Source of the DNA: Cetorhinus maximus
Lineage: Eukaryota
Reading direction: 5' to 3'
NCBI RefSeq assembly: GCF_964194155.1
Contig: NC_135881.1
Location: 167,896,001-167,960,000, forward strand
Length of the DNA stretch: 64,000 nucleotides
The notes beneath the pieces were generated by a model, which was given only the letters and a program-made list of their open reading frames with translations, was not told where the DNA came from and did no database searches. Of this stretch, positions 24,571 through 38,099 are shown piece after piece. Numbering within the stretch: the first letter of the stretch is position 1; every line of letters begins with the position of its first letter. A program made the translations under genes and the position numbers.

Positions 24571-25998
24571 ATAAATATATATACTAAAAATCTTGTATGG
24601 GGCATGCATTTCCTGTCAATAAATATTGCTTTGTGTTCTCATATTTAGTCATGCTTTGATGCCTAACATTCCCCATTCAATGTTGCTACAGAGTGAGTTT
24701 CTGAAGGTTCTCATCCAACTCTGTTGCCAGCTTTTATATAAAATAGCTCAATAATCAACTAACTATGGGCAAAATTGGGCATTTTATTGTTGATACAGTC
24801 AAGGCACATGAAATCAGTCTATAGCTGTTAGGTTTTATTGCAGTTAGTGCGCTAAAACCTATAGAATTTTCACTTGTGTATCCTTGTCCTCTTTGCCTTA
24901 CCCATTTTGCGCTAATTATTTTATATTTTTCCTCTCATTTGTGATCGTTTGTTCTTTTATTGCTATTCATTTTTTTGGGCTATCTTATTTGCTCCTTCAT
25001 TTGTCCTGGTGCTATTTATGCGTTCTTACTGCTCTTTCCTTGCATATATGCGTTCATTTATCCTTATTCTTTGTTGTTCATCCTCTGCTCAGGATATCTG
25101 AATTGTATGATTTTGTATTTTCTTGACCTCTCTTTATATATTTCCTCCTTCCTGAAATATTAAGAGGCAGGACATCCTATTGTAATATTTAAGGCCTACT
25201 TGTTGTTATGTTAATAGATAAGCCAAATATGTTTGGATTTGAATAACTGTAATACCAGTCAGTGACTTTGTGCACTATTTTCATTCTACTGTTTGTGATA
25301 ATGCAACAAAATGCCTAAACGTCAGGTAGCTCTGTTAGATGTACATTTTTATACAGATGTTCCATTAATGTGTCTCTGTCCTATATTGTATTGCTCCAGG
25401 TAGGCATTAGTGTTTTGTCATGATAAGTTCTTCACTATGCAATTATATGGTTACTAATTTGGTTAGGGAATGAAATTTGTGTTTGGTGTTTCTGTCAAAC
25501 AGTCAATGGTGAATTGATGGCACATTTTGCACCCCATCCATTTCCTTTTTCCAATTAACAGTGTGTAAAATGGGCTACTGGTTCCCAATTGCTTGTTTTA
25601 CACTGCTGTTAGAGAGCAACTGACAGTCCTTTTAATAAATACTCTTGCCTTCTCCAATTTCCTAAAAGAACATTCTGTAGTGAGAAGAATTTTTATCCAA
25701 TAATTGATTTGCAGGAAATGCCATTGTGATACATTGCAACAAAGAGATTGAGTTGATTTTCTTTGGGTATAATCTAGCTTTGAATGGCAATATTTTAATA
25801 ATTCTGTTTTTAAATATGTGATGTATTAATCTAATGTTGTCTCAATATGAATTAGACATCTTGGCTAGTTTCCATCATTGGATTATTATGTGGTGGGGGA
25901 GAGGAGAACATCTGAATGGAGTGAAACTTTGCTTTTAGTTAAGATATTCTTTTTCTACTCAGAATTCAGGTTAGTTTTAAAATTGTATTATGATGTAG

Positions 25999-26160
<162 letters not shown>

Positions 26161-26299
26161 TGAGCGAATAAAGGGAAGGTTGTCCTAAGGATCTGACAGC
26201 AATGGAAATTAATATCAGGAGAAATGTAAAATGGGCTGCTGATTCACCATCACCAGTTTGCCCCATTGTGTCTCAGATTTTTGCTAGAGCAGCACAAAA

Positions 26300-26850
26300 C
26301 TAAACCCTGCTCTTTTCACCCAGACATTTACGTCTTCCATTATTTCAAATGTTTATCAACTTTTCACTTTTTAAAAAAGCAATGGTGCCTGCCTCAACCA
26401 TATATTTCATAATGCAACAATTGTTCATAAAGCCAAACTCTCAATATCATCTTTCTCTGCAGCATGATAATTTCTCATCCTTGATAACATCTCACTGAAT
26501 TTGCACTGTAAAATCTGTCTTTAATGCCCTTTCCAAAACTCTGTGCACACAACTATATGGCTTAACTATTTCCTTATACATATTTATCATTATATCTGTA
26601 TTCTTTGCCTTATTTATAAAGCCCAAAATGCTGTCATGCTTCTTTATAGCTTTATCTATCTGTACGTATCTCCACACTTTAAGTTTGTGCCCCTCATATG
26701 CTTCAGTCGTTCTTAAGGAATACATGCCCCCAATCCTTGCTTTTATTCCTAAATGATGTTAGATTGCATTAATTTAGAATAAATTGTATGCATCATCTGT
26801 GTGCTCATTTGGTTAACAAGTCTAATCCTCCTTGCTATTTGCCAGAAAGT
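26300..26850 (-). mobile_element. Old CR1 fragment
   Basis: ORF 26492-26725 (ILGFINK...MYKEIVKP) resembles degenerate CR1 ORF2. Confidence 0.5.
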
Positions 26851-27104
26851 AGCATCCCTTTCATTTGGGAGTCTTATCCAAGTAATATTTTTTTATTATT
26901 GTACAAAATACTATAATTCCATTCAGATGTCTTCTTTGCGGTAAGTGGCTTATCTTTTTTTCTGTATCTTTCTAAAATTAAGCGTTCATTCAACTGAAAT
27001 TTGTTAGGGTTTATGGTTTCTCATAAATGTGTCTAGACCTCCTCATGAAAGAGTAACATACACTTGTAACTGTTAGAATCCAAGAGGTCATTCGCTGATT
27101 TTAA

Positions 27105-27540
27105 GTTTTTTTTTCTGTTCTTGGGATGTAGGTGATACTGGCAAGGCCACATTTATTGCCTATTCCTTGTTGCCCTGAGAAGGTAGTGGACATTTTTATA
27201 CTGCTCCAATCCTTGCAGGGGTGCTCTTCCCACAATGGTGTTGGGTAGGGAATTGCAGGATTTTGACCCAGGAACAATGAAAGAATGGCGATACATCTCC
27301 AAGTCAGGATGTTGTGATATTTGGAGGAGAACTTGCAGAAAGTGATGCTCCCGTAAAGTTGCTGCTCTTGTCCTTCTCACTGATCTGGGTCCAGGAGGTG
27401 CTACTGAAATAAGCTTGGTGAGTTGCTGCAGTACATAGGTAGTATGCACTGCAGCCTTATTGTAGCAATGATAGTCAGTGGAGTAGATACTGAGTTTATG
27501 GCAGAGGCACTAATCAAGTGGACTGTTATGTTGTGGATAA
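27105..27540 (-). mobile_element. L2/CR1-group LINE 3' end
   Basis: Reverse complement of the family tail seen at 27880-28148 and 50990-51268. Confidence 0.7.
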
Positions 27541-27879
27541 AAGAAAGTGCTTGCATTTATAGTGTTCTTTACATTTCAAGACATCCGGAATAGTTTCACA
27601 ACCGGTGAGGGACTTTTGAAGTGTAGACATTGTTGTAATGAAGGCAAACAAAGCTGCCAATTTTCACCTCACATCCTCTGTTCTCTAGAAGCTTCACCTC
27701 ATCCAAACTCTGTTTACTCCATGCCAAGCTCTGCTCACATATCAACCCTATACTTGTTGACATATCTTGACTCAAATCTGAATGTATTGGTTTCAAATTC
27801 TTGTCCTTGTATTTAAATCCTTCCATTACCTTCCCCTTCCCTACTTCCAACCCTATAATCCTTTCATATGTATTCCTGC

Positions 27880-28148
27880 TAGCAGACACATGGAAACACC
27901 ACCACTTGGAAGTTCCCCTCCAAGCCACTCACCATCCTGACTTGGAAATATATCGCTGTTCTTCACTCTTCCTGGGTCAACATCCTGGAACTCCCTCCCT
28001 AACAGCACTGTGGGTGTACCTACACCACATGGACTGCAGCGGTTCAAGAAGGCATCTCACCACCACCTTCTCATGGGCAATTAGGGATGGGCAATAAATG
28101 TTGGCCTAGCCAGCGAAGCCCACATCCCATGAATGAATAATAAAAAAT
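27880..28148 (+). mobile_element. L2/CR1-group LINE 3' end inserted in an older L2 fragment
   Basis: catggaaacaccaccac...ggttcaagaaggc...gggcaataaatg...cacatcccatgaatgaataataaaaa tail. Confidence 0.75.
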
Positions 28149-31100
28149 AACTCCAGCCTCTAATAGAAGCTGATCCTTCAGTCCTGTAGGTCTGATCATC
28201 TGGAATTCTCTCCCTAAATTTCTTCTCCTCTTCATTTCTCCCCCTATTTCCCTCTTCATTTTCCCAGTACTTTGACCAAGATTTTCATCAACCCTCCGTA
28301 TTTTTATCTAATTATGCTTCTGTAAGCGCCTTTAGATGTGTTTTTGTTAACATTGCTATTGCTCACCCTGCCTTTGGCCATGCTTTCAGCTGCCTTGGTG
28401 CGATGCTGTAGAATTCTCCACACCACCGCACACACAGCCCTCACACACCACCCTCCTCCCCCAACTATCTCTCTGCCTCTCCAACTCTCTCTCCTCCTTT
28501 AAGACTCAACCCTTTGACCAGGCATTTGGTCAGTCCTCATTGCATCCCCATCTTTGACTTAGTCACCTTGACTTGGGCCTCGATTTTCCCCTTGTGCTTC
28601 TGTGGAGTGGCTAAGAAAACTTCTACATCAAAAGTGCTATACAGATGCGAACTATAATTTTTTTTTGTTCCAAACAAAGCATAATATCAGTTCAAAAAAA
28701 AACCAGGCTGTTTTTGGTGAAGATAAGAACTTGAGGTAAGTGGGCAATTGAGATAAGAGAAGCATATAGCTTCATTGTTTAAAAATTAGCCATAAGATAG
28801 ATTTGTGAGGGTGGGCCCTATAGGAAGTTACCACATGAAATTGTGGCTGGTAGCCAAAAATTGGTTTGCACTCTTCAATTGAGTGAACTTGAGCTTAGAT
28901 ATACTGTGATTTTGAAATTGGGGTGGTGAGGAATGGGAAGGGAGTTTAAAATTGGGCAGATAATTAATCCTGTGCTGGAGTCTAAACGTGAAATGTGATC
29001 TTGCATGAATTGTATGAATAGCTGTCGGAAAAATATGTGGATCAGTTAACCAATTGGAGCAAGATTTTACCTGGTTTGTAAGGTAGCTGTGTTGAGAATG
29101 CCAAAATTCACATTGGAGGCTGAAAGAGAGAGAAACTGGATATAATTTCAAAAAAAGGATGTTGTGCAAGTCCATTTATGTTGCTTAGTCCCAGACAGTA
29201 TGTTTTACCATCATCAACAGTAATCTCCAGGCTATGTCAGTGCTTTTAAAAACTGTGGCTGTTTTATTACTTAGCAAGCACTGCCTGATATGTCTTATAT
29301 TTATTATTGAAGCTTATTTTATTTGCTTATGAGTATTTTTTCTTGTTGGCATTCTCCACCTTTTGGAATGTTAAATTCAATAAGACGCTCTAACGAAGGA
29401 TAATACTGCAGTGGAAAGCACCAGCATTAAATGATAACTGGTAGCACAATAAAGCCAGTTACATGCGATTCTAATTTGGCAAGATGTAGAAAAATGTTGA
29501 TGTATTGTAACAAAAACTGATTTGGTATATCTATTTCAAATTAGACTCCACCTTGAATTTTATATTTGAGATTTGAATTCCTAACTGTACTGGGAGTTTT
29601 TAAAATCTTTATCGTAGGTGGCCAGTTTGGAAATGTCACAATATAATCTCAGTCTTCAAAAACTATTACTATCTATCCCAGTATGTCTGAAGCACCCACA
29701 TCATTAGTTCGGGGAATGCATTCCACTAACGAGTTGTTAGACAGTAATTGTGCTCCTGCCAATAAATTACAAATAATAAACTGGAGGTTCTATTTGGGTT
29801 ATGTTTTCAGTGGGTTAAAGCTTTTTAAATATTGCATTGAGTCCAATTTCAGCAGCCCAGACTCCCAGTGTGAGGGCTGCAACCCAAAAATATCAAAGTT
29901 GCTGGGATTCACAGTTGGAAAAGTCACATCTTCCTGGCCTTTGGTCTCTTGAATTCAGGCAAGTTTACTTGTCGGTTACAGCCACAAATACAAGCCAGCA
30001 CCACTGGCACAATATAAAAGCTAGTTTTGAAAACTAAGACTGTGAACAAAATTCAGATAAGTCAAAGCATGACATAATCTTAGTGACTTCACAAAGCTCT
30101 TGAAGGAGAACGTTCACGCAGAGGTAAGAACAATGAATGTTGTGTACTTAACACCAACAGCTTCCAAGTGTTCCCTGGGGTGTTTACTCTGCAGAATGTA
30201 CTGGGCTGAAGTTATGGGTAAAAGCACACATTCATTTTGTCAAACCTGGTACAAAATATTCCTTCAAATTTGGATGATACACGATTATATTAGTGCATAA
30301 ACAGGGCAATATATAGAAATGTTGGGTAGTAGTTTGTCTATTTTACATTGGCATGCAAAGATTTTACAGAGTTTTTTTGAGTAGAGCCTTATTCGGTAGT
30401 TGCTTTGAGTTCTTGGCTGACAACTTATTTCTGTAATATTATTGATTTTGTTTAAAATGCCTAAAACATGTAAAAAGATCTTTTTCCTTTTTTTAAATAT
30501 AACTGGTTTATTAAAGAACAATAGCAAATTGAATCTATACAGCATATTTAATGTAAAAGAAATGTCCCAAGGCACTGGCAATTAAACAATGAAAGTGGAC
30601 AATGTGTTAAGAAAAGAGAGACTAACAAAGATGGACCAAAGAGTTGGGAATAAAGGAGCAAGTCTTTATACTGAATATGATATTGAACTTGGAAAAGAAA
30701 CATTGACACTGCCAAGTACTGTGCACTTATCAAAGAAGCATGTTGATGCTGATCTCTGTAGTAGTCTCTGCAGCCAAGAAACTATCCCTTGGCACTGTTG
30801 AAATTAAATTTGCATGAAAACATGTAGCATGTATTTTAATCATGAAAAACTTAATCATGAAATGTAGAATGTTGCTATCCCCTTCGGCATTAATTTGATA
30901 ATGGTTTAATTTAAATTAGGTTGGGTGTGATCATGCAAATTTAAGCACTACTGTACACTTAATGCTGAAAGGTTGTATGCTGAAAAGTTTAACTAGTAAG
31001 TGTTTGGCCCTGTGAGTACATCGGATTAAATTACATGAGAGATAAAAATATTTGCATAATCTTAAATTCAAACTTTTAAAAAAAAAGTAGGACCAAACTA

Positions 31101-31281
31101 AACAGGGTCATCAATATAAAAAACTGCGCTAACGAGTTATCAATTCATTCCACAGCAAGAAAAGAGATGACGAACCCTCCCTGTAGTTGCAGAACAGACT
31201 TGGTGTGAAATATTCCAGGTACCTTGTGCCCAATAGAAAATTTAGTTAACTGATTATTTTGTGTGCTCTGCATTATTATAG

Positions 31282-31385
31282 GAGTGAACAGTCTTGCCCA
31301 ATCACTGAGTGCCAACCAGCAAATTCCTAACTCGCTCACGCACCTTGACCTCTCAGGGAACTTCCTCCGAGGAGATGACCTATCG
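31282..31385 (+). CDS. CARMIL1: CARMIL1 coding exon (LRR)
   Basis: attattatag acceptor; (G)[34 protein letters not shown]; donor GTATGT. Confidence 0.95.
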
Positions 31386-31429
31386 GTATGTTAGTTTTTA
31401 TATTTTTTATTCTCTAGATATTGGCAAAT

Positions 31430-31700
31430 ATCTAGTGTTGGCAAAACCAGAATTTATTGCCCATTCCTAGCTGCCTTCAAGAAAGTGATGGTGGGCTACC
31501 TTCTTAAACCACTGCAGCCCTTGTGGTGAAGCTACTCCTACAATGCTGTTAGGTAGGAAGTTCCAGGAAAGATCGCCGCTATATGTCCAAGTCTGGTGCT
31601 GTGTGAATGGAGAGGAACATGAAGATGATGGTATTCTCATGCACTACCTGCCCTCATTCTTCTAGGCGGTGGATATTGCAGGTTTGGGAATTGCTGCAGA
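31430..31700 (-). mobile_element. L2/CR1-group LINE 3' end
   Basis: atttattgcccattcctag...cttcttaaaccactgcag is the reverse complement of the same tail. Confidence 0.65.
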
Positions 31701-32877
31701 GAAAGCCAGACTGACTTTTTACCCTTATTGTAATGTGATAATTTTTTTTATCATAGGTGTGTTGACTTAAAATATAAAATCAGCTAGAGTATAGAATTAA
31801 ATACTAATATGCAATATATCCATGTATTATGCACTTTAGTTGACTTGCACAGTGTTGAAATGGATGTGTGTAAATTCAAGGAATGTTATATACAAGGTTG
31901 ATGAGTTGCAGAGACTTCTTGCAACACGTTGCCTTAAAGGCTTTCAATAGCTTTGTGATAATAGTGTAGCAGCTGATGTATTGGTTGCAGCACAGACTTT
32001 TTCAAAATGCTCTTAGAAATGTTATATTGTTTTATTAAAAAAGGTAAAGAAACATGATTAAAATAAACCGTAACATCAGATAGGCCTAGGGACTGATTAA
32101 TTTGTCACATTATTTATTAAGTGTTCTTTCTTCCACACGTGCAGCGAAACATCAGGCATGTGCACTGTATTACAGGGTAGTTTGAGGGCTATTTAAAATG
32201 TCAGATTCAGCAAATGTTTGAGGGTAAGAGTGAACGGAGGCTAGAAATGCTGGTATCCAATTGTGATTCTCTGCTACTTATCTGTTGTTTAGAAGGATCT
32301 CACAAATGTATTAAAAAGTTCATTGTTATTGCAAGGTTGGTAACATCTACCTGCATCCATTGAATTTTTTTTTAACAACCTGCCCTTGTACGCTTTCTTT
32401 GGGTGAAATGCTTCAAGAAGTTGGGCTCAGATCAAAGCAAGTGAATTGATGGGGGGAGGCCAAGAGGAATAGCTGAAAGCATGGTTAAAGATGCAGATTT
32501 TAAGGAGACTTTTGGGGAAGTTGCAGTGGGGAAGAAGGTTTTAGGAAGAGTATGGGGTGAGGTGGCAAGAGACTCTGCTGCCGAGGGATGACATGGGGAT
32601 AATAGCTAGAGTTAGAAAGGCAGATGGTGTGGGCTGGCAAACAGTGCCAGAAGAGGTGGAAGAGCGGTGTAGTGAGGCCATGAAATGATTTATAAATGGT
32701 ATGAGGATTCTGACAGCTATGTGTGAAGGAGCAGGGTGCCAGAGTAATAGGTGAGCAGGGTTTAATGTAGGCTACAATATAGGTGGTTGGTTTCTGGGTG
32801 AATTGCAGCTTATTTGGGTTTGTGCTTAGAAAATCAGTGACAAAACATTGGAAAAGTTGAGGTTAGTTGCAATTAAT

Positions 32878-33505
32878 AGGCTGGATTTTTGTCTCCCAAT
32901 GAAGCTGAAAATGGGGTCAGGAAACCTGAAATCTAGAAATTCTTGACAGCACAAATGAATTTCCTCTCCTTTCCAGATGTTGTGTTATTCTTGCGTGGCC
33001 ATTTTGCAGGCCCGGGAGTGCTTCGGTCATGACCCCGCACTCATCTCTTCTGGGGTCGGGATTGCTGTTGTGAGCCCTAAGGCACACATACCCCCCTGCC
33101 ATTTTCCTGTGCTGGTGTGGGTTTTTGAAGCCCTTAGATAGTCTGTGACCACTGGGGAAGCCTGGTGAGGAGTCGGGAACTTTCTAATGGTAAATTAAAC
33201 GTTTTGACAATTTCAAATGTCACTATTAGAGGCAGTTTGTAATATGGATGTGTTTTAACTGCATCATCACAGGACTCGGTCCTGAAAAGGTAAGTTGTTC
33301 ATTACATCGATCAGCATTGTTTAAGTGTTAAGATGCATTAGAGTACTTTTCCCTTAGGGGGCATTGAGGCAATGTTGGGAGCTGGCTGCTCTCCCAAAGA
33401 ACCGAGGCGGGCCTGCTAATCAGTCTGCCGCTGTGCCCACCCTCCTCCCACATCGTAATGTACCTCGCCCAGGTCTCTCAGAGACCAAGATATAAAAATA
33501 TGGCA
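32878..33505. mobile_element. Harbinger-type MITE (degenerate)
   Basis: Begins AGGCTGGATTTTT; ends near AAAAATATGGCA; GC-rich subtermini; no clear TSD. Confidence 0.45.
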
Positions 33506-33644
33506 GGAATTGAGTTCAGAGGCGAGCTTGCAGTTCAGAAGCTGCAAAAGAGCAAGACTTATGTTTTCCCATCATTACATGAAAACTTGGCCGATTGTTT
33601 CAATTGGAATTTCTTCAGCAGTGAGGATAGGTTAGAAATGATGG

Positions 33645-35340
33645 TGGCAGCAGCCTTCCATCTCGTAAGATGATGGCTTGTGCCATGGTGGTTAACTCTA
33701 TGTGAAGCATTGCATGATGTGGCTCAGAAGCCCCATTCTGGCATGGCCACGTTTTGTGCAGTGGAAGTGGCTGAGGAGATGCACAATTTGCTGGCCTCAG
33801 TTTTCTCTGGGCTCTCTTCTCAGGCACCTCAGCTTTTTTGTTTCTGCTCACTTCTCCCAATGCTCTTCAAAACAGTCAGCCTGCAGAGATCAGAACCGTC
33901 AGTGACTGTCTACCAGTTGTCAGTATCAATGTCTGCCTTTTTCATACCACGCTTGCAGGTGTCCCTGTAGCAGTTGTATGGATGCCCAGGAAGTCAAGAC
34001 CCAAAAGCCTGTTCACCGTACAGAAGATCTTTTGGTATACGACTGCCATCCATTTGATGAATGTGGCCAAGTCAGCGCAGACGTTGTTGGCTTAGCCATA
34101 AGTGTATTCTGACAGAATTAGCACGCTCCGGGACCTCTGAATTGGTGACCTTTTCCTGCCAACGGATGCCGAGGATATGTCTGAGACGGTGAAGGTGGAA
34201 ACTGTTCAGCCTTTTCTCTTGCATATAATGTATGTTGTCCAGATCTCACCTTTGTAGAAGGGTGCACGGCGGATGCAGGCTTAGTAGACTTGTAGTTTGT
34301 ATTCTCAGTCAAGTTGTTGTTCCCCACTCTCTTACTCAGCTTGAACGTAACAGCTGCAGCTTTTGAACGTGTGTGTTGATTTCAGCATCAGGTGACAGAT
34401 TGGTGATTGTGGAGCCTAGATATGTGAAGCTATCAACAGACTCCAGTGTCACACTGTCAGTGCTGATAGATTGAGGTATGGCAACATCCTGACCCATGAC
34501 ATTTATCTTCCTGATGCTGACGCTCAAACCAATTGCTTTACAGGTGTGAGGGAGCCTGTCCATTTACCCCTAAAGGAGTTCCTCAGTATGGAATGTTAAT
34601 GTTGCATTGTCAGCTTAGAGCAACTCTCTGATGAGGACTTGGTGCACCTTTGACTAGATGAGCAAGGCTGAACAGCTTTCTGTCAGTTCTGGTATGCAAG
34701 TTATCACTCTCGGATGGTAGATGACCTGATGGCATATGGCAGCAGCAAAGCCAAGAATATGCCAAAGAGTATCGCTGCCAGAACACAACCCTGTTTGACT
34801 CCACTGCATATATCAAAGAGTTCTGATGTTGCCCCGTCATAGCTGACCTTGCCCATCAGGTTGTCATGGAAAGAGGAGATCACATTGAGCAACTTTGGCG
34901 GGAAGCCAGTTTTCTCCAGCAGCTTAAATAAACCATCTCTGCTCACATAGCCTAAAGCCTTGGGGAGAGCGATGAAGGCAATATATAATGGTCTCCTTGG
35001 TTCATGGCATTTCTCTTGCAGTCGCTGGACTGAAATGATCATGTCCATTGTAGATCTTCCGGTTCTGAAACCTCACTAGGATTTGGGATAGATGCTTTCA
35101 GCAGGATCTGAAGTCTGACAAGGGCAACATGGGCAAGTATTTCTCCCGCCATGCTCCCACAATGTCAGGGAGATTGCTGTGGTCACTCTTGTTCTTGTAC
35201 AGGGTTTGCATCACTCAGCCTGGGGCACTGCTCTATCCCACCAGCAGAGATAGAGAAGATCATGCAGATGCTGCAGGAGTGCTGGTTTCCTGTACTTAAT
35301 GAGTTCAGGCGGCATAGCATCAGCACCTGGAGCTTTGTCG
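33645..35340 (-). mobile_element. RTE-clade LINE (decayed)
   Basis: ORF 34704-35048 (DMIISVQRLQEKCHE..PLYIAF...GVKQGCVLA..LFGIF) and 34336-34563 (VDSFTYLGSTI) are RTE-type RT motifs; RTE-like 3' end near 33650. Confidence 0.85.
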
Positions 35341-36129
35341 ATCCTCTCGGAGATGGACACAGAAGATATTAGAGGGGTTGAAATAAGCAATCATGATGGT
35401 GAACTGGATTTAGGCTTTGAAGTTCAACTCGGGTTTGTGCACCATTGATTAGGCAAGAAGATAGAATTGAGGATAAGGTGTGAATTTTGGGGCAAGAGCT
35501 GAGTAAAATGGGATCTCTTTTGTGGGCATTAATTTGCGGAAAGTTTTGGTTTGTGTAAGACTTATGTCAGATAAGCTGTTGGATGACACAGTTATGGAAT
35601 TATGGGTTGGTGAAGCAAAGATGAATATCATCAGTATACATATGGGAATGACACCATGATTATGTATAGGTAGGGGAAAACCAACACTGTCAAGAAGTGG
35701 AAAAAAGACTGGCAGGACATATAGACAGGGTGGAGACAGTTAACCAGCTAAGAACTCTGTACATGACTATAAGTAGCTTCAGAAATAAAACACTCGAGTG
35801 AGAAATATAAATTCAGCTTAAAGGATATGATGTAGCAGTTACAGAGACCTGGCTATAACCTGCGAGTGATTGGATGCTAAATATCCTAGTCTATAGGATC
35901 TTCAGGAAGGGTTGGGAAGCTAGGGAAAACCGGGACGGATGGGTGTGGGGGAGCAATAATTTTGATAAAAGGTGGGATTACTTCAGTAGAAAGAAGGGGT
36001 TTCAGTAAGCGTAATTGAGCAGTAGGGCAGTTCGGGAAGAGGTTGTCATCATCATCTTGAGTTTTCTGCTTGAAGGCAGTTCCTTGGTGGTTATTCACCG
36101 AATTACAGCAAAGTGCCGTGATTTTTTTT

Positions 36130-36257
36130 ACTATGGGTAGGGTGAGGAGGCAGCCCCTGAATCTACTTCAGGTGGAACAGGGATCGAACCCTGTGCTGTT
36201 GGCACTAATCTGATCCACATGCTAGCCTTCTAGCCCGCTGAGCTAACCAGTTGCCTC
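36130..36257 (-). mobile_element. tRNA-derived SINE head
   Basis: Minus strand: TAGCTCAGCGG A-box and GGTTCGATCCC B-box. Confidence 0.6.
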
Positions 36258-36789
36258 CAGGAAGAGGTAAGGAGCATCAAAGGATGCAAGACTCTGGTCG
36301 TCATTGGATACGCACTTACTGATAATATTGATGTAGTGGGAGAGTAAATATGAGAGCCAAGGAAGCATGTCATAATACAATGTAGTTATACTGGGAGAGT
36401 TTGATTTTCACATAGATTGATAGAAGCAGAAAGCTCAAGTAGTAAAGGCAGTTTTTAGAATGTATTCCGGCCAGTGTTCTAGAATAATATATTTTAGACC
36501 CAACCAAGGAACATGCTGTACTAGATTTAATGATGAGCAATGAACCAGAATAAGATAACAACTTAACAGTAAGGGGGCATCTTACAAATTATGATCGTAA
36601 TGTATTGAATTTGATATTAGATTAGGGAGTCTCAAACCCAGGTGTTAAATTTTAGGTAAGATGAATCTCAAAGGAATGAGAAATAGATTGACCACAGTAA
36701 ACTGGACTGAACTGTTAATGGGTAAGCCTATAGACAAACCATGTGAAGTATTTCAAGAAGCTTTTGGAAAAACAAATGCAAAGAAAATT

Positions 36790-37085
36790 GTCAGCTGTGG
36801 CTCAGTTGGTAGCACACTCCTCTCTGAGCTACATGGTTCTGGGTCTAAGTCCCACTCCAGAGGCTTAATAATGAAGGTTGACACTTCAGTGCAGTAGAGA
36901 GGGAACATTGCATTCTTGGACGAGACACTAAACTGAGGTCCAGTCAGCCAGTTTGGATGGATGTAAAAGACCCCATGGCACTACTTCGAAGAAGAGCAGG
37001 GGAGTTACACCTGGTATCCTTGCTTGTCCCTTGCTCATCATCACAAAAACAACATTACCTAGTCATTATCACATTGCTGTTTCGT
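36790..37085 (+). mobile_element. Deu-domain SINE (SacSINE1-like)
   Basis: tRNA-like head gtggctcagttggtag...; core gatgtaaaagaccccatggcactacttcgaagaagagcaggggagtt...gtcattatcacattgctgttt. Confidence 0.78.
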
Positions 37086-38099
37086 TCATGAAATGTTTGC
37101 AGAATACAAATGTTAGTCTGTGATGCAGACACAACAAAATCAGAAAGTGGAAATCTAACAGACTGGGAGAGCTATAAGCACCAAAAGGACAGAATGAAAG
37201 TAGTTAGAGGTGCAAAAAGGGGTTGTGGAAAATAAAATTTGCAAGGGATATTAAAACTAACAGTAAATCTTTTTAAGAATAAAGAAGAGTGGTAAAGGAG
37301 AATGTAGACCCATTAAAGATAGATGCAGACAAGACTTGTTAAATGGGTACTTTTCATCTACTGTGAAAACTGATACAAAGAACCAAATGCTAGCAGTAGA
37401 ATAAGTCATTTGCTGAATTTTTTGTAAGTTATAAAATTGTAATGAAGAAAATAGTGGAAAGTAAGATGGAAAAATCTCCAGGACCTGCTGGGGTATTGAT
37501 GAAAATTGGTGAGGAAATTGCAGATGCGTTAGTCATAATTTTCAAAGTGCTCTAGATGTTGGAATTGTGCCTTTGGATTGGAAAATTGCAAATGTCATTC
37601 CATTATTTAGGAAAGCAGGGAGGGAGAAACCAGGTAACTACAGGAAAGTTACCATCATTTGTGGGGAAGTTACTGGAATCTATCACCAGAGATAGAGGAA
37701 TCTTATAGCTTTAATCCCTAGAGCAGCGATAGGACCATTTTTGGTTGGGCCAGGTTGTCTCCTTGGTGTGTGGGCTTTGTAATTGCTCTTTCCCAGAGCA
37801 AACCAATTAACAGGCTGCCTCCAGGTTTGTTGACTAATGAGGTAGGGAGGGCAGGATGACATGCACGTTCTGTCAAAAGAAGGATTTCTTAATTGTACCA
37901 TGGTATGTTTTAGAAAATCTCACTAGTACTTTTCAGGCTACAGTAACCTAGGAATAAAGAGGACATCTGGGAATTTTGCTCCCACCCCCTAGCTCCCTCA
38001 CTGCTATCTGGTGGTCCTGCTGTAGGATCCAAAGGATTGCAGTTGTAGTGAGGTGAGCTTCTCTGAGGATGTGAGAAAGAGGGCAACCCCTCTGTTGTG

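Noticed and set aside
24884-25163. Hydrophobic membrane-protein-like ORFs (also 52770-52994)
   Set aside because: They arise from T/C-rich low-complexity sequence, with no splice or homology support.
36165-36257. tRNA gene
   Set aside because: A and B boxes are present but there is no convincing cloverleaf; better explained as a SINE head. The same applies at 12190 and 36790.
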